NCBI GenBank assembly: GCA_963768625.1
Contig: CAVYIK010000003.1
Span: forward strand, 326,715 to 390,714
Direction of reading: 5' to 3'
DNA: 64,000 bases
Origin: an uncultured bacterium
GTDB lineage: Bacteria > Patescibacteriota > Minisyncoccia > UBA6257 > 2-01-FULL-56-20
The notes beneath the pieces were generated by a model. That model ran no database searches. It was not told the origin of the DNA and was given only the letters and a program-made list of their open reading frames with translations. Position numbers and translations under genes: made by a program. Shown here in pieces: positions 61,876 through 64,000 of the stretch; position 1 is the stretch's first letter, and each line of letters begins with the position of its first letter.

Positions 61876-62350
61876 GGTAGTCGTAGTCAAACGGATTCTT
61901 CTCGTCTTTTTTGTGCGGCTTGGTGTCCACGAGCTGCCATTCTTTTTCGTCCAACTTCGGGAAGAAGGCGTCGCCGTCAAATGTGCCGTGCACTTTGGTG
62001 AGATATATTTTCTGCGCTGCGGGGAGTGCGAGCGTATAGATCTGCGCCCCGCCGATTACAAAACATTCGTCCGCTCCGGGCGCGCCCTCGGCGAGGCGGA
62101 ATGCTTCTTCCAGCGAGTGCGCAACCGCGCACCCTTCGGCGCGATAATCCGCGTCCGTGGTGACCACAATGTTCGTGCGTTTTGGGAGCGGTCTGCCGAT
62201 CGATTCAAAAGTTTTCCGGCCCATCACGACCGGATGCCCGGCCGTAATTTCCCTGAAGTGCTTAAGGTCCGCCGGCAGGTCCCAGGGTATCTTCCCGCCC
62301 GCGCCAATCGCGCCGTTCTCGCCCGCCGCCGCGATGACAGAGATTTTCAT
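61838..62350 (-). CDS. folA: dihydrofolate reductase
   Basis: ISVIAAAGENGAIGAGGKIPW, VVMGRKTFESIG, FVIGGAQIY. The 3' end overlaps the thyA 3' end by 38 nt. Confidence 0.85.
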   Translation of the reverse strand: MKISVIAAAGENGAIGAGGKIPWDLPADLKHFREITAGHPVVMGRKTFESIGRPLPKRTNIVVTTDADYRAEGCAVAHSLEEAFRLAEGAPGADECFVIGGAQIYTLALPAAQKIYLTKVHGTFDGDAFFPKLDEKEWQLVDTKPHKKDEKNPFDYDYLTFSARTSSRSR

Positions 62351-62353
62351 CGC

Positions 62354-63184
62354 TTAAAACGCGCCGCTGCAAAAACTCAAGCTATGCTGATTGGAAGTAG
62401 CTGACACATCTTCAGGGAAAGTTTCGTACGGATTTAACCTGCAAGCATCCTGCTGCGAGATGCCAAGTGAAGCCAAAAATCCTGCTTCTGCCGCTTGGCG
62501 TACAGCTTTGGACGGAGTTCTAAAAATAGCAAGCTTGAAGTTACTGCCCGAAATATCATAAAAAATACCGTAGGTCGAATTCTGTTGAATTACCACGACC
62601 CGTTCGTTTTGGTCGATATAGGCAGCGTTATTATAAAAATTGTTCATCGTCACAACCCCGCGCGGTGTTCCTATGGCAATAGTATCACCTGCCGGAATGG
62701 CTACTGATGAAGTGGCAATGGCTGATGTCCCGTTTGTCAGGCCTGCGACTAATTGCTCCGCAACCGATACGGGTACGCCTTCCTGTATGAGCGAAAGCAC
62801 CGACCATTCGCCGCCACCGAGAGATATCAGAGTCCATCCCGTCGATGATGCATATTCCAGCAACGCCTCTCCCCCTTTATTCGTGTCGCCCCACACCTGT
62901 AAGGCGTATGGAGGCACGACCACAGTGCCGCCGAGCGCAATCTGATTCGCATTTTGTATTTCACCAAGAAAATCGTTGACAACCTGTGGGTTCTGCGGAC
63001 CAGAAACTCCTTGAACGCTCGCGATCGTTCCGTTTTGTGCCTGACCCTGAACGGACGGCAACGAACCTAGATGAGCGGCGGCGTTAGGGCCTGAACTTCT
63101 TGAAAACGCAAAGAACCAGACGCCCCACGCGATGAGTCCAATAACGACCACCACTACTATTATTAAAATAATTTTTTTTATCAT
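62354..63184 (-). CDS. hypothetical membrane-anchored protein
   Basis: 276-aa ORF with an N-terminal TM helix (IILIIVVVVVIGLIAWGVWFFAF). Confidence 0.4.
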   Translation of the reverse strand: MIKKIILIIVVVVVIGLIAWGVWFFAFSRSSGPNAAAHLGSLPSVQGQAQNGTIASVQGVSGPQNPQVVNDFLGEIQNANQIALGGTVVVPPYALQVWGDTNKGGEALLEYASSTGWTLISLGGGEWSVLSLIQEGVPVSVAEQLVAGLTNGTSAIATSSVAIPAGDTIAIGTPRGVVTMNNFYNNAAYIDQNERVVVIQQNSTYGIFYDISGSNFKLAIFRTPSKAVRQAAEAGFLASLGISQQDACRLNPYETFPEDVSATSNQHSLSFCSGAF

Positions 63185-64000
63185 TAGCTGTTAAGTCGAT
63201 AAATGCGTCCGGGGCCACCACTGTATGATGGCGAAAAACTCGTATCGCTTATCCAGGTAAAACTTGCGTTCGACGATGAATTGGATATGACCTGGGTGCA
63301 GCCAACATTCACGCAGATACCAACATGGCCGTCTTGCGCTTGTATGACGATATCACCGGGCATGGCCTGCGATGGACTGACGAGCGTCCCACGGCCAGCC
63401 TCCAATGCATTTTCCATGCCCTGCACGGAATTGGAATCGAGTGGTGCGATGGCCACACTCGCGAGAACATTATTAACTGCCCATGCGCACGAGACAGTAC
63501 CGTTGCCGGGGCCCCCGGCCGTGCTCGCGCCGCAATATGAGGCCGCCGCAGAGTTAATCTCGTCTGCTTCCGTCACATCCCCATAACTGCCGGCGGCGAC
63601 GCCGGCGGTCAGACTTCCACAATTTGCTGAGCTGCTGCCACTAAGGCTACTGCCCGTTGACCCCATGCCCGACTGCACCGAGGACATACCGTTGAGGCTC
63701 AACTGATTGATCGCATTCAGATTGGTCAGCGCGGGATTTATTACGCGCAAAAGGACATACGCCCCCGCGAGCAACAGTAGTCCCCACAGGGCACCCGTGA
63801 TCCAGCTTCTCCCCTCGCTCTCTGCCGTAGGATTCCCTCTCCCTGTGGCATACTTCACCCCTCCATAGACGATAGCCCCAAAAGCAAGCAGACCTGATAC
63901 CAACAACGCATAGAGATAGAAGTTGGCCACGAAGCCACCGGGGCCCGTGGTGGAGATGTTATTCGGGCCCGGGATGTTGCCATTCACGGTGATGGTGGCA
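63184..64000 (-). CDS. T4SS-pilin-like N-terminal module fused to a CHAP/NlpC-P60-like cysteine peptidase domain (N-terminus may lie outside the window)
   Basis: YGGVKYATGRGNPTAESEGRSWITGALWGLLLLAG matches the pilin-like loop. The C-terminus has CAWAVNNVL ... GDIVIQAQDGHVGICV (Cys...His). The reading frame stays open to the window end. Confidence 0.55.
   Translation of the reverse strand, partial: ATITVNGNIPGPNNISTTGPGGFVANFYLYALLVSGLLAFGAIVYGGVKYATGRGNPTAESEGRSWITGALWGLLLLAGAYVLLRVINPALTNLNAINQLSLNGMSSVQSGMGSTGSSLSGSSSANCGSLTAGVAAGSYGDVTEADEINSAAASYCGASTAGGPGNGTVSCAWAVNNVLASVAIAPLDSNSVQGMENALEAGRGTLVSPSQAMPGDIVIQAQDGHVGICVNVGCTQVISNSSSNASFTWISDTSFSPSYSGGPGRIYRLNS

Overview
GC-rich bacterial chromosome segment. 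Its gene content looks like a Candidate Phyla Radiation / Patescibacteria (Parcubacteria-like) genome: a type IV pilus operon plus ComF, many small TrbC/VirB2-like pilins, sortases with surface proteins, housekeeping genes and little metabolism. This placement is inferred from gene content only. Layout: 1-6989, minus-strand pilus operon (pilM-N-O, small TM protein, pilB, pilT, pilC, pilin). 7-24 kb, comF, tRNAs, two sortase modules, transporters, ECF sigma factors and large surface proteins. 24-41 kb, intact housekeeping block (clpB, htrA, cysteine desulfurase, ftsK, recA, pnp, rpsO, xerC/D-like). 42-48 kb, orphan membrane genes and five tandem T4SS-pilin-like paralogs behind a solute-binding protein. 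48-53 kb, gyrA and rpsA. 52.8-57.5 kb, a hotspot of selfish or diversifying elements. 57.5-62.4 kb, folate/thymidylate cluster (folD, glyA, dcd, thyA, folA). Main results: (1) a complete diversity-generating retroelement. TR and VR differ at 21 substitution sites plus a 1-nt gap, all at TR adenines. The avd gene is inverted, and a (GA)17 microsatellite puts the RT out of frame. (2) a tRNA-Phe(GAA) interrupted by a 206-nt IC3-like group I intron between U33 and G34, next to an AT-rich free-standing homing-endonuclease-like gene. (3) a family of long hairpins with different stems but a conserved apex. (4) many 1-nt frame disruptions in conserved genes, strongly clustered. I cannot tell from sequence alone whether these are real decay or consensus indel errors. 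No CRISPR array and no rRNA were seen.
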